In this document: positions 38,812 through 52,085 of the stretch, one piece after another
Layout of the letters: every line of letters starts with the position of its first letter
Numbering within the stretch: the first letter of the stretch is position 1
Source of the DNA: Longimicrobiales bacterium
Lineage (GTDB): Bacteria > Gemmatimonadota > Gemmatimonadetes > Longimicrobiales > Gaopeijiaceae
DNA length: 64,000 bases
Direction of reading: 5' to 3'
Assembly: GCA_965116905.1 (NCBI GenBank)
Contig: OZ220732.1
Span: forward strand, 2,336,001 to 2,400,000
Program-made: the position numbers and the translations under genes
The notes under the pieces: generated by a model
The model's input: the letters and a program-made list of their open reading frames with translations, nothing else
The model's database searches: none
Told to the model about the DNA's origin: nothing

Positions 38812-39632
38812 GGGTCGGCGGCCGCCCGCTGTCTCCCGGGTTCATCGCCGGGGCGGTGATCCTGGCGGGCTGGGTCCTGCTCGCACTCCTGGCACCCGCG
38901 GCCTCGCCCCACGATCCCCTGGCCACCGTCTCCGGCGCCCGCGAAGCGCCTTCCGCGGAGTTCTGGTTCGGGACGGACCGGCTCGGGCGGGACGTGTTCA
39001 GCCGCGTGATCCATGCCGCGCGCGTCTCGCTCGTGCTGGGGTTCATCAGCGTGGCCATCGGGGCAGCACTCGGTTCCGCAATGGGTCTCGTGTCCGGGTA
39101 CTACCGCGGCCCTGCCGACACCGTGCTCATGCGAGTCGTCGACGCCATGCTGGCCTTCCCCGGCATCCTTCTCGCCCTCGTGGTGATCGCTGCTCTCGGG
39201 CCCAGCATCACCAACGTGATGATCGCGGTCGGCGTCTCCACCATCCCCCGCTACGCCCGCCTGGTCCGCTCCACCGTGCTCACCGTCCGCGAGCAGGCCT
39301 ATATCGACGCGGCCCGGCTGATCGGCGTGCCGGACGTCCGGATCATGTTGCGGCATGTGCTGCCGAACACGGCGGTGCCGCTTCTCGTGCTGTCGACCCT
39401 CGAGTTCGGGCACGCCATCTCGGTCGGCGCGGGCCTGAGCTTCCTCGGACTGGGCGCGCAGCCGCCGACGCCCGAGTGGGGGCTGATGGTCGCGGTGGGA
39501 CGCGACGTGCTGGGACCGGCCTGGTGGATTTCAACCTTCCCCGGACTCGCCATATTCACGGTGGTGATGGCGACCAACCTTTTGGGCGACAGCCTGCAGG
39601 AGATGCTGGATCCAAGGCTGAAAGCGAGGTGA
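38808..39632 (+). CDS. ABC transporter permease (DppC-like)
   Basis: FGTDRLGRDVFSR, YIDAARLIG, LSFLGLGAQPPTPEWG. Confidence 0.93.
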   Translation: MRVGGRPLSPGFIAGAVILAGWVLLALLAPAASPHDPLATVSGAREAPSAEFWFGTDRLGRDVFSRVIHAARVSLVLGFISVAIGAALGSAMGLVSGYYRGPADTVLMRVVDAMLAFPGILLALVVIAALGPSITNVMIAVGVSTIPRYARLVRSTVLTVREQAYIDAARLIGVPDVRIMLRHVLPNTAVPLLVLSTLEFGHAISVGAGLSFLGLGAQPPTPEWGLMVAVGRDVLGPAWWISTFPGLAIFTVVMATNLLGDSLQEMLDPRLKAR

Positions 39633-39633
39633 G

Positions 39634-41040
39634 ATGAGCGACGGATTCGTAGGCGTGCAGATCGGACCCGCCAGCTTCGTGGACGAGGGCGTGGACACGG
39701 TGCTCGACACGCTGCAGGAGCGCGTGGGCGTGAACGTGATCCTGCTTGGCACGGTCAGCTGGCTGGGCCTGAAGATCGGGCGCAGCATCTCGTGGAAGAT
39801 CGACGGCTGGCCCGACCACGGCGTGCCCGAGCCGCTGGAGGTGCAGGGCGGGTCGTACCTGGCGGACCACCCCGAGTTCTACCGCAACACCTCCATCACC
39901 AACTTCCGCGCGCCGGACGAGGGCATGCGGGACCGCGACATACTCGAAATGGTCATCCCCGGGGCCCGTGAGCGCGGGATGAAGGTGATCCCGGAGCTGA
40001 TGGAGCCGCTCTTCAAGTACGCGGGGCACGGGTCGGCCAACACCGTGCAGATCCCCAACCTGGTCCAGTACATGGAGGTGGACTGCCTGGGCCGGATCGG
40101 CGGCGCGCCGTGCCTTGAGAACCCGGACTACCGCACCTGGTGGCACGCGCTGATCGAGGATCACTGCCGGAGCTACGACATCGACGGCATCATGTGGTGC
40201 AACGAGAGGCGGAGCCCACTGGACCAGCTGATCACCGGGATGGCTCCGGGGTGCTTCTGCAGGCACTGCCTGGCGAGCATGGGAGCCGCGGGCATCGACG
40301 CCGAGGCCGTGCGGCGGGCGTGCAGCCTCCTCCACTCCTGGTTCCAGAGGGCGCGCGCGGGCGAGCACTTCACCGACGGCGCGCTGATCACCGGGCTCCG
40401 CACTCTCCTCGAGAACCCCGAGTTCCTGCTGCTCGAGCGGCACTGGGTCCGGCGCAACAAGGACCTGGACCGCGAGCTGTACGGGCTCGTCAAGTGGTGC
40501 GATCCGGCGCTGGAGTTCGGGCTCAACGTGTGGAACCGCAATCACTTCAACCCGTTCCGCAAGGCGCAGTGGCCGTGGGCCGAGACGAAGGACTACGCCG
40601 ACTGGGTCAAGCCGATCACGTATCAGCACCAGTCCGGCGGGATCTACCTGGCCGAGATGAAGCAGCTGCACGCGACCCTGCTGCGCGACCTGGCGCCCGC
40701 CGAGATGACGCCGATCATGTACCGCATCCTGGGGCTCGACGAGGCCCCGTGGGACGAGCTCATGGGTGCGGGAATGCGCCCATCCACGTATGTCGGTGGC
40801 CAGTGCCGCGATACCATCGAGGCGCTGAACGGCGAGCTGCCCGTACTGATGGGGATCGGCGTCGACGCGCCCCGCTCCAGCCCGAACCAGGCCGCCTGCA
40901 CGCCGGAGATCGTGTACGACAGCGTGCACGCGGCATACTCGAATGGGGCGGCCGGCGTCATCTATTCGCCCAACTACGCGAGCATGCGCCTGACCAACCT
41001 CGACGGCGGCGCCCGCGCGCTCGCGGAACTCGGAATCTGA
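39634..41040 (+). CDS. Hypothetical glycoside-hydrolase-like TIM-barrel protein
   Basis: CLENPDYR, YDIDGIMWCNER, CFCRHC pattern as in GHL10/GH42-like barrels; no signal peptide. Confidence 0.6.
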   Translation: MSDGFVGVQIGPASFVDEGVDTVLDTLQERVGVNVILLGTVSWLGLKIGRSISWKIDGWPDHGVPEPLEVQGGSYLADHPEFYRNTSITNFRAPDEGMRDRDILEMVIPGARERGMKVIPELMEPLFKYAGHGSANTVQIPNLVQYMEVDCLGRIGGAPCLENPDYRTWWHALIEDHCRSYDIDGIMWCNERRSPLDQLITGMAPGCFCRHCLASMGAAGIDAEAVRRACSLLHSWFQRARAGEHFTDGALITGLRTLLENPEFLLLERHWVRRNKDLDRELYGLVKWCDPALEFGLNVWNRNHFNPFRKAQWPWAETKDYADWVKPITYQHQSGGIYLAEMKQLHATLLRDLAPAEMTPIMYRILGLDEAPWDELMGAGMRPSTYVGGQCRDTIEALNGELPVLMGIGVDAPRSSPNQAACTPEIVYDSVHAAYSNGAAGVIYSPNYASMRLTNLDGGARALAELGI

Positions 41041-41052
41041 CCGGGGGATCAC

Positions 41053-42300
41053 ATGCCCGAAGCACCAGCCTGGAAGTTCCAGCCCGTCCTGCAGGATCTG
41101 GCCCCGCGCGATCCCGCGTCGGTGACGCTGAGGGGCCGCGTGATTACGGGGGTGGGGGATGAGGTGATCGAGGACGGCCACGTCACGCTGGCGGGAGGTA
41201 GGATCGCCGCGGTGGGCGAGTGGAGTGCGGCCGCGCCTCCGGCGGACGGCCGGACGGTCGTCGCGACGGGCGGAACGATCCTGGCCGGCCTGATCAACAG
41301 CCACGCCCACCTCGCCTGGGACGGCATCCACGACCTCGCCGCCCAGTCGATGCACGACGCTCCCGAGATCAGCGCCTACAAGGCGGCAGCCAACATGCTG
41401 GCCAATCTGCGCGGCGGGATCACGCTGGTGCGCGACCTGGGGATGAACCGGAGCGGCGAGTTCGCCAGACAGGCGGTGGAGCAGGGCGTGTTCGCGGGCC
41501 CGCGCCTGCTGATCTGCGCGGAGGCGATCGTGCAGACCGGCGGCCACACGTACTGGTGCTGCCGCGAGGCCACCGGGGCCGACGAGATGCGGCGCGCGGT
41601 GCGCGAGCAGGTGAAGGCCGGCGCCGACCTGATCAAGATCATGATGTGCCACGACCGCCTCGAGTTCACCGACGATGAACTCGCGGCCATCGTCGACGAG
41701 ACGCATCGGAACGGGCTGCCGATCACCGCGCACGCGACCTTCGACGCGGCGATCGAGCGGGCGGTCGACTTCGGCATCGACACGGTGGAGCACGGCGGCA
41801 GCATGTCGGACCGCACGATCGGCAAGCTGGTGGAGCGGGGCGTGCCGATCATCACCACCTTCTCCCCGGTCGTGATCCAGTCGAAGCCCGAGGTCGCGCG
41901 CCGGTACAACATCCCCGAGTGGAAGATCCGGGAGCGGCAGCGGGCGGTCGCCGACAAGGGGCGCTACGACGGCCTGGTGCGCGCGGCGCGGGCCGGGGTG
42001 CGCATCGTCTTCGGGACCGACGCGGGAAGCCCCGCCGTGCGGCACGGCGTGGTGGTTCCCGAGATGGAGTTCATGATCGAAGTGGGGGTGGTCGCGGACA
42101 ATCACGCCGCGATCATGAGCGCGACCCGCGAGGCGGCGATCATGAACGGACTGGACGGCCGCATCGGCACGCTGGAGGCCGGGAAGGAGGGGGACGTGAT
42201 CGTCGTGGACGGAAACCCGCTGGACGACCTGAGCGACCTGGAGCGGGTGCGGATGACGTTCGTGCGGGGGTGCTGCCTGTACTCGCGGCCGGGGGTATGA
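41053..42300 (+). CDS. Amidohydrolase family (prolidase-like)
   Basis: GLINSHAH, GADLIK, TAHA, TVEHG, FGTDAG, GTLEAGKEGD. Confidence 0.9.
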   Translation: MPEAPAWKFQPVLQDLAPRDPASVTLRGRVITGVGDEVIEDGHVTLAGGRIAAVGEWSAAAPPADGRTVVATGGTILAGLINSHAHLAWDGIHDLAAQSMHDAPEISAYKAAANMLANLRGGITLVRDLGMNRSGEFARQAVEQGVFAGPRLLICAEAIVQTGGHTYWCCREATGADEMRRAVREQVKAGADLIKIMMCHDRLEFTDDELAAIVDETHRNGLPITAHATFDAAIERAVDFGIDTVEHGGSMSDRTIGKLVERGVPIITTFSPVVIQSKPEVARRYNIPEWKIRERQRAVADKGRYDGLVRAARAGVRIVFGTDAGSPAVRHGVVVPEMEFMIEVGVVADNHAAIMSATREAAIMNGLDGRIGTLEAGKEGDVIVVDGNPLDDLSDLERVRMTFVRGCCLYSRPGV

Positions 42301-43508
42301 CCCGGATGGCCTCGGCCCCGTCCTCGGCCTCGTCCCCGGCACCGTCCCCCCGGCTCGCCGCCCGCGCGGTCAGCGTGAAGTCGAGCTTCCGGACCCGGAT
42401 GCTCGAACTGGCCGCCGGGCTGGACGACATCATCGCGCTGGGCCGGGGCGATCCGGACTTCGAGACGCCGGCCGCGATCGTGGCGGCGGGCGCGGACGCC
42501 CTGATTGGCGGCTACACGCACTACACGCCTCCGCCGGGTCTCCGCGAACTCCGCGAAGCGATCGCGTTTCAGCTGAAACTTAACAATAATGTTAAGTATT
42601 CGGCCGATCAGGTCATTGTCACCAACGGCGCCCAGGAAGCGCTGCTGATCTCCATCCTCGCGCTGGTCGATCCCGGCGACGAGGTGATCCTCCAGGCCCC
42701 GCGCTTCAACGCCTTCGACTACATGGTGAAGCTGGCGGGCGGCCGAATCGTGGACGTGCCGACGCTCGAAGAGGACGACTACGCCCTCAGGGCCGACGCC
42801 ATCCGCACGGTGCTCACAAAGTGTTCGAAACTGCTTGTGATCGCGAATCCGAACAATCCCACCGGCGGACTGACCCCGCGGGCGGAACTTGAGCGCATCG
42901 CGAAGCTGGCGGTGGAGCACGACCTCGTGGTCATCTCCGACGAGATCTACGAGAAGCTGATCTTCGGCGGGGCCGAGCACGTGAGCCTCGGTGCCCTCGA
43001 CGGCATGGGCGACCGGACCGTGACCGTGAATGGCTTTTCCAAGGCGTACGCGATGACCGGGTGGCGCGTGGGATACCTGGCCGCGCCCGCCTGGATGATG
43101 GAGTCGGCCGTCGAGATCAAGCACACGCTGAGCATCTGCACGCCTCCCGCCCTGCAGCGCGGCGCCCTCGCGGCCCTGGAGAGCGGCGACGCGGCGGTGG
43201 CCTCCATGCGGGCCGAGTACGAGCGGCGGCTCGCTCTCGTGCTGAACCGCCTCGACGACATGGGCATCTCGTACGGGCGCCCGGGCGGCGGGATGTACGT
43301 CTACGCCAACATCTCGAGCACGGGGCTGGACGCCGAGACCTTCTGCCTCGAACTGCTGCGCCGGGGACAGGTCATGGTCTTCCCCGGCACGATGTTCGCG
43401 GACCCGGCCAACCGGCACATCCGCATCACGCTCCTGTCGCCGTTCGAGTCCATGGAGCAGGCGCTGGAGCGCATGAAACGATTCGTTGAGCAGGTGCGCG
43501 GGGCGTGA
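42297..43508 (+). CDS. Class I/II PLP aminotransferase (complete active site)
   Basis: [46 protein letters not shown]. Confidence 0.92.
   Translation: MTRMASAPSSASSPAPSPRLAARAVSVKSSFRTRMLELAAGLDDIIALGRGDPDFETPAAIVAAGADALIGGYTHYTPPPGLRELREAIAFQLKLNNNVKYSADQVIVTNGAQEALLISILALVDPGDEVILQAPRFNAFDYMVKLAGGRIVDVPTLEEDDYALRADAIRTVLTKCSKLLVIANPNNPTGGLTPRAELERIAKLAVEHDLVVISDEIYEKLIFGGAEHVSLGALDGMGDRTVTVNGFSKAYAMTGWRVGYLAAPAWMMESAVEIKHTLSICTPPALQRGALAALESGDAAVASMRAEYERRLALVLNRLDDMGISYGRPGGGMYVYANISSTGLDAETFCLELLRRGQVMVFPGTMFADPANRHIRITLLSPFESMEQALERMKRFVEQVRGA
42565..42599. promoter_or_regulatory. Overlapping intragenic palindromes: CGTTTCAGCTGAAACT (parS-like, copy 2) and ACTTAACA-ATAA-TGTTAAGT (motif B, copy 2)
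   Basis: Read directly; strongly AT-rich patch within a high-GC CDS. Confidence 0.6.
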
Positions 43509-44592
43509 TGAACGCGGACGCCGCCAGCATCCTGCTCGTCGGGGCCGGGGTCCGCGGCCGCATGTGGGCGCGGGTCATCGCCGAGACCCCCGGCGCGGAG
43601 CTGGCCGGCGTGGTGGACCGGGACGTGGCGCGAGCCCGGCGCGCCCGCAACGACTTCGCGACCGGGGCCCCCGTGCGACGCGACCTCGCCTCCGCGCTGG
43701 CCGACGCGGACATCGACGCCGACGCAGTCGTGGTCGCGACCCCGCCCGCCACCCATCATGGCCTCGTCCGCCGCGCTCTGGCTCACCGCCTCCACGTTCT
43801 CTGCGAAAAGCCCCTTTCGGAGGCCCTGGACGAGGTGGTGGACCTGATCGCGCGGGCCGGGGGGGCCAGGCGACACCTCCTCGTCGGGATGAACTTCCGC
43901 TACCTCCCTTCGTCACGGCGCATACGCCGCTGCGTCCGCGCAGGAGAGCTGGGCGCGCTGAGTTATGCGCACTTCACCTACCACAGACAGCGGGACGGCA
44001 ACAGGGACGACCTGAACGACTACGTGATGTCGATGGCGCACCCGATGCTGCTGGAGCAGAGCATTCACCACTTCGACCTGTTGCGCCATTGCTATGGCGC
44101 GGAGGTCGAGTCGCTGGTGTGCGACACGTGGCGGCCGTCGTGGAGCACCTACGACGGGGACTGCTGCGTCTCGGTGCTCTTTCGATTCGAGAGCGGCGTT
44201 CGCGCCAATTACCTCGGGACCTGGACGGCGGCGTGGAACCGGATGGACTTCCGCTGGCGGAGCGAGTTCGAGCGGGGGACGCTGATTCAACGCGAACAGT
44301 TCGAGGATCTCGTGCGCGTGGACTTCGATCGCGGGCTGGGGCTGCGCGGGCCCAACTTCAAGGGGGACGCCGAGGCGGAGACGCCGGTTGCGGAGGCGCT
44401 GGAGGCGTGTGTGCCGTTCGTGGACGACACCCGGGGGCTGCTGAACGAGTTCCTGCGGGCCGTTCGCGGGGAGGCAGAGCCGATGACTACGGGCGCCGAT
44501 CACCTCGAGACCCTGCTCCTGGTGCATGGCTGCATCGAGTCGCTGGAGCGGGGGGAATGGGTGTCCATCGCCGAGCTGCGGGACCGTCTCCG

Positions 44593-44596
<4 letters not shown>
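43505..44596 (+). CDS. Gfo/Idh/MocA oxidoreductase
   Basis: [31 protein letters not shown]. Confidence 0.9.
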
Positions 44597-46242
<1,646 letters not shown>

Positions 46243-46309
46243 GGTCGCCCGTGCCGTCTCCGACCGGGTGACTTGACACGGCGCGCATGCAGTTGCTAGC
46301 ACCAATGCC

Positions 46310-49300
46310 ATGAGGGGTCCGCAGTTTCGTACGGTCGCAGCTGGATTGCTGGCCGGTGTTGCCCTGGCATCCGGCTGCGGCGACGGCGCGACTGTCCCTC
46401 CGCTACTACCACCCGACCCGCCTGGGCCGGCGACGATCACAGTCAGTCCCGCCGCGACCGAGCTCGCTGCATTGCAGGAGACGGTGCAGTTGACTGCCGA
46501 GGTCCGCGACCAGAACGGCCGGATCATGTCCGGGGTCACCGTGGCGTGGGTGAGCACCAGCGTGGGGGTGGCTACGGTGGACGCGGCCGGACTCGTGACG
46601 TCGGTTGCAAATGGTGCCTCTACCATCACCGCGAACGCGGGGGCGGCGACGGGGAGCGCCATGGTAACCGTAGCGCAGGTGGTGAAGGGGATCGAGGTTC
46701 TGCCCTTTCCCGGCAAGGTGTCAGCGGGCGATACACTGCGCCTGACGGCGGAGGCCTGGGACGCGAACGGGTTCACGGTGCCCGGCAGCGAATTCACATG
46801 GTCGTCGAGCGATACCGCCGTCGCCACCGTGGATGGATCGGGACTGGTCCACGGCATTGTCGAGGGCTTGATCACCATCACGGCCACGTCGGCGGGAGTG
46901 CAGGGCGCCGCGCCGATCACGGTAGCCCACCCGGACTGGGGCCCGCTCGCTGCGCTCTACAAGGCCGCGGAGGGTCCGGTCTGGATCGAAGACGATGGCT
47001 GGATGTCGGATCGACCGATCGGCCAATGGCACGGAGTTACTACCGGGCCCGATGGTCACGTCACCGCGCTGGAGCTTGCCAGGAGCAATTTGACCGGGAC
47101 GATTCCGGCGGAACTGGGCCGCCTGTCACACCTTGAGACCCTGAATCTCGAGTGGAATCGGTTGCGGGGGCCGATTCCGCTCGAACTGACCGGGCTGCAC
47201 AACCTCAGGAGCCTGCGCCTGGGCGTCAACCGCCTGACCGGCGAGGTCCCGGCCGAGTTGGCCAACCTGGCGAACCTCGAGGATCTGCGCCTGAACCACA
47301 CGCTCCTCACCGGCCGGATCCCGTCCGAGCTGAGCAACCTGTCCAACCTCACGAGGCTCAGTGTCCAATCGAATGACCTGACCGGCCTGGTTCCTTCCGC
47401 TCTCGTGCGACTCGAACGGCTCCGCTTCTTCCACTTCGCGGACAACGAAGATCTCTGCATCGCCGACGAAACCGATTTCATCGGGTGGCTGGCCCAGCTC
47501 GACGTTGCGCTCGGACCCGTGTGCAACGAAGACGACAGGAAAGCGCTCGTGTCTCTCTACGAGGCCACCGGAGGAAGCGACTGGATCCGTTCCGACGGCT
47601 GGCTGGAAGACGTGCCGGTGCGCGAATGGCACGGTGTGACCACGGATTCGGTGGGACGGGTCCTCGGACTCGATCTGGCCGACAACGCACTTGCGGGTCG
47701 CCTGCCGGAGCTGTTGGCGCCGCTTGCGAGCATGACTTCGCTTGGGCTGGACGGAAACGAGGGACTGACCGGTCCCTTGCCGCTGACGCTGTCCGCGCTG
47801 TCGCTCGAAGCGTTGAGATACCGGAACACGGGCCTTTGTGTCCCCGCCGCCGAGTCGTTTGGCGGGTGGCTCGCGGCCATCCCCTCGCACGAGGGCACCG
47901 AAACCGAGTGTGCGTCCCTGTCGGACCGGGAGACCCTCGAACTCCTGTACGGTGCTGTCGGTGGCGCTGAATGGAAAGACGACGGGAACTGGCTTTCCAG
48001 CCAGCCCCTCGGCGAGTGGACCGGAGTGGAAGCCGACACCGCGGGCCGCGTGGTTGCGCTGCGACTTCCCCGCAACGATCTGGCGGGCCGCATTCCACCC
48101 CAACTGGGCTATCTGGACCAGCTCCGCGAACTGGACCTGTCAGGCAATCGCCTGGAGGGACCGATCCCGGCCCAGCTGGGCGACCTGTCCGGCCTCACGC
48201 TGCTCAATCTCGGCCAGAACGAACTGGAAGGACCGATCTCGCCGCGATTGGGCGATCTGACCAGCCTTTCCCAGCTGCTTCTGTGGGCCAACGAGCTGGA
48301 GGGACCGATCCCACCGGAGCTGGGCAGGCTGACCAACCTGCTCGTGCTGGGACTCGGCATAAACGAACTGGAGGGACCGATTCCGCCGCAGCTGGGCGAC
48401 CTTGCCAACCTCTACTTTCTGTACCTGGACGGGAATCGCCTGGAGGGACCGATCCCGTCGCAGCTCAGGAACCTGTCGCGGTTGCACGAGTTCATCCTGA
48501 ATCGCAATCGGCTGACGGGGTCGATTCCTTCGTGGCTCGGCAGCCTGCCGAACCTGACGCGCATCGGGCTCGGCGAGAACTGGCTGACGGGGCCGATTCC
48601 GCCCGAGCTGGGCAACCTGGCTGGCCTGACCGAGTTGGTCCTCGGTCGCAATTTTCTGTCGGGGTCGATTCCGTCGAGACTGGCCAGCCTCTCCGCATTG
48701 ACGTACCTGGACCTCGGACCGAACAGGCTGACGGGAGGAATCCCATCGGAATTGGGAGCCCTGTCCAGCCTGGAACGCCTCAACCTCAGCGGGAATGAGC
48801 TGGCCGGCAGGATTCCCGCCGAACTCGGTGATCTGGCCGGGTTGCGGTTGCTGTCGATGGCGGGGAACCAGCTGTCCGGTCCACTCCCGTCCGTCCTTGG
48901 GGGACTTACCCGTCTGCGGCGGCTCCACCTGACCGACAATGCCGAAGTGTCCGGGACCCTGCCTTCGAGCCTGACCGCTCTGGGCGAGCTTGAGGAGCTG
49001 GTTCTGACGGGTACCGGTCTGTGCGCTCCCGCGGACACCGCCTTCCAACACTGGCTGTCGGAAGTGAAGGTGGCGCGCGTGCCAGGCTGTGCGGTGGACG
49101 CGGGGTCGGCGGCGTACCTGACGCAGGCGGTGCAGTCGTCCGACTTCCCGGTTCCCCTGATCGCCGGCAGAGCGGCGCTGCTCAGGGTTTTCGTGGTGGC
49201 GTCGCGTCCCGGCAGCGCAGGCATCCCGAGGGTCCGGGCGACCTTCTACCTTGACGGAGTCGAGAGTCATGCGGTCGACATTCCGGGCTCGGGGGCTCCC

Positions 49301-50597
49301 ATCCCGACCGAGATCGAACTCGCGCGGAGCTCGCTGCAGAGTTCGGCCTACGCCCTGATCCCCGGATCGGTGATCCAGCCGGGGTTGGAGATGGTGTTGG
49401 AGATCGATCCCGACGGAACGCTGCCCCCCGAACTGGGCGTGACGAGGCGGATTCCCGAGGAGGGCAGGGCGCCGGTGCAGGTGGAGTCGGTGCCCAGCCT
49501 GGACATGACGGTGATTCCATTCCAATGGGCGCCGAAGCCCGATTCGTGGATTGTCGATATCGCCACAGGCATGGCCGAAAGCCCGCACACCCACGAAATG
49601 CTTGGCGACGTGCGCGCCATGCTCCCGGTGGCCGATATCGACGTGGCAGTCCACGAAGCCGTCCTGACCTCGACGACCAGATCCCTCGACCTGCTTCGCG
49701 AGACGCATCTGATTCGGACGTTGGAAAAAGGGACCGACTACTACCTGGGGATCCTGCCCGAGCACGTTGGCGGGGCCCTGTCAGGTGTCGCGTTCCTCGG
49801 TTTCCGCATTGGCTATTCGGTTGCCGATCCCTTTGTGATCGCGCACGAACTCGGACATAACCTGGGTCTTTATCATGCGCCGTGCGGAGGCGCCGGCGGT
49901 CCGGATCCCGCATTCCCCCGGACAGACGGTTCGATCGGCTCCTGGGGATTCGACTTTCGTGACGGCGGCAGGCTGGTATCGCCGCGGACCCGGGACGTGA
50001 TGTCCTATTGTGGTCCTCCGAACTGGATCAGCGAGTTCAGCTTCACCAAGGCCCTGAACCATCGGCTCGAGGGGGATGGGCGCCGGAGCCCGCTGGCCCG
50101 GACCGCCGCCGGCGCGCCCACGCGCAGTCTGATTCTGTGGGGTGGCGCTGACGAGGACGGGAGTCCGTTTCTGGAGCCCGCGTTCGTGACTGACGCCGCG
50201 CCCAGCGTGCCGCAGTCCGACGGTGACTACCAACTCGTCGGCCGCAGCGCCACCGGCGACGAACTGTTTTCGCTGAGTTTCGACATGCCGGAGCTGGCAG
50301 ACGCGGAGGCGGGGTCGTCTTTCGTCTTCGCGCTGCCGGTGCCGGCCGAGTGGGTGGGCGTACCCGAGAGCATGACAACTATCCGGCCCTGGCGGATCGG
50401 CCACGACCGACCGGACGACCGACCGGCCCATGGCCATCCTGCGCGATTCGGCGAGCGGCGAAGTGCGAGGGGTGCTGCGTGGTGAGGACGCGATGGACGT
50501 GATGCGCATGGCGGCCGAGCCCGTCGGGCCCACCGGTCCGCGTGTGCAGGTATTGTTCAGCCGCGGGATACCTGACGACCGGGACTGGCGGCCCTGA
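46310..50597 (+). CDS. Large lipoprotein: Ig-like (Big_2) x2, plant-type LRR modules, zincin metallopeptidase; apparent +1 frameshift near 50377
   Basis: LASGC lipobox, WSSSDTAVATVD, many LxxNxLxGxIPxxLGxL repeats, HELGHNLGLYH. The annotated frame ends at 50485, but the shifted frame gives LSGPGGS..RPMAILRD..VLFSRGIPD to TGA 50597. Confidence 0.85.
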
Positions 50598-50612
50598 TCC
50601 CTGGCAGTCCTG

Positions 50613-52082
50613 CTACTCCCGCCAGGGATACGGCGGCCTGCGCAGGTGCCAGTCCGTCTCCCGCTGGTACGCCATGCCCAGATCCAGGACGCTCTGGTCG
50701 TCCATCGGCGACCCGACGACCTGCAGCGACAGCGGCAGGCCGTCCTCGTCGAAGCCGCAGGGGATCGCCAGGCCGGGGTGGCCGACCAGGTTGGCGATGT
50801 AGTTCAGGCGGGGGGTGTTTGCGCTCACGTCGTCCGGCGGTTCCCACTCGTTGCGCGCGGGGATCGGCCACCCGCCCTGCACTTCGCGCATGGCCGCCCC
50901 GTTGGGCCAGGTGGGCGCGATCACCGCGTCGTAGCGCGACAGGATCTCGTCGGCCTCGCGCACGAGCTGGTTGCGGATCCGCTGCGCGGTCAGGTAATCG
51001 GCCGCGGGCATCATGCGCCCTGCCATCCAACCGGCGCGCCGGTCTTCGTTGAACGAGAACATGCCGGCGGCGCTGCCGTCGTCGAAGAGCGACTTGAAGT
51101 TGGTGCCGCTTTCGACGGTGACGATGGTCGTGAAGAGCGCGCCCGTCGGCCGCAGCGGCAGCTCGATGTCCTCGACCTCGACCCCCATCTGCGCGAAGAC
51201 GTCCAGCGCTTCCTGGAAGACTCGGCGGGTCGTCTCGGAGCCCGACAATTCGAACTCGGCCCGGTGGACGCCGAGGCGGCGGCCGCGCATCGGGCCCGGG
51301 TCGGGGCGGAAGACGAAGGGCCGGTCGACGGTGGCGTTGTCGCGGGGATCGTGCGCCGCGATTTCCTGCAGGATGTGCCCGCAGTCCTCGGCCGAGCGGC
51401 CGACGGGCCCGATCTTGTCCAGGCTCCACGACAGCGCCATGCAGCCGAACCGGCTCACGCGGCCGAAGGTGGGGCGGAGGCCGGATGCGCCGACGGCGGA
51501 AGCCGGGAAGACGATCGAGCCCCCGGTTTCCGTGCCGATGCCGAAGCCGATCAGTCCCGCCACGGCGGCCGAGACGGTGCCGCTCGACGACCCGAAGCTG
51601 GTGCGGTCGAGTTTCCAGGGGTTGAGGGCGGAGCTCGTGTTGCCGCCCGCGAATTCGCCCAGTGACATCTTGGCCATCATCACGGCGCCGGAGGATTCCA
51701 GCAGGTCGATCACGGTGGCGTTCCGGTCCGGGACGCGGTCCCGGAAGATCCCCGAGCCCCACGTGGTGCGGATTCCGCGCGTGTCGAGCAGGTCCTTCAC
51801 GCCGTAGGGGATGCCGTGCAGGATGCTGCGGCGCCGGCCCGCGGCGAGCTCGGCGTCGGCGCGCGCCGCGGCCTCGAGCGCGTGTTCGTGCGCAATCGTG
51901 ACCATGGTGGCGAGCTTGCCGCCGTGATCGGTGCGCGGCTCGCTCGGCAGGTCGAACGGCGGCACGTCGAGGGCGTCCGCGCGATCCAGGTAGGCCTGCG
52001 TGAGGTCGACGGAGCTCACCGCACCGCTCGCCAGCCCGTCGGCGAGCTCACTCACCGTGAGGAAGAGGACGTCCTCCTGCAC
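50613..52082 (-). CDS. Amidase signature family enzyme
   Basis: HGIPYGVKD (Lys), GSSSG, GTETGGSI (Ser), GLRPTFGRVSR, GLPLSLQ; GTG start after GGAGG. Confidence 0.92.
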   Translation of the reverse strand: MQEDVLFLTVSELADGLASGAVSSVDLTQAYLDRADALDVPPFDLPSEPRTDHGGKLATMVTIAHEHALEAAARADAELAAGRRRSILHGIPYGVKDLLDTRGIRTTWGSGIFRDRVPDRNATVIDLLESSGAVMMAKMSLGEFAGGNTSSALNPWKLDRTSFGSSSGTVSAAVAGLIGFGIGTETGGSIVFPASAVGASGLRPTFGRVSRFGCMALSWSLDKIGPVGRSAEDCGHILQEIAAHDPRDNATVDRPFVFRPDPGPMRGRRLGVHRAEFELSGSETTRRVFQEALDVFAQMGVEVEDIELPLRPTGALFTTIVTVESGTNFKSLFDDGSAAGMFSFNEDRRAGWMAGRMMPAADYLTAQRIRNQLVREADEILSRYDAVIAPTWPNGAAMREVQGGWPIPARNEWEPPDDVSANTPRLNYIANLVGHPGLAIPCGFDEDGLPLSLQVVGSPMDDQSVLDLGMAYQRETDWHLRRPPYPWRE

Positions 52083-52085
52083 GGC

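Noticed and set aside
39556..42342. Long antisense ORFs (928 aa here; also 25804-27804, 27662-29482, 55652-57763)
   Set aside because: They mirror well-supported sense genes, as expected in high-GC DNA, and show no recognisable motifs.
42575..42599. Chromosomal dif site
   Set aside because: Only the XerD-like arm resembles dif; the geometry is 8-4-8 rather than 11-6-11, there is no XerC arm, and it lies inside a CDS.
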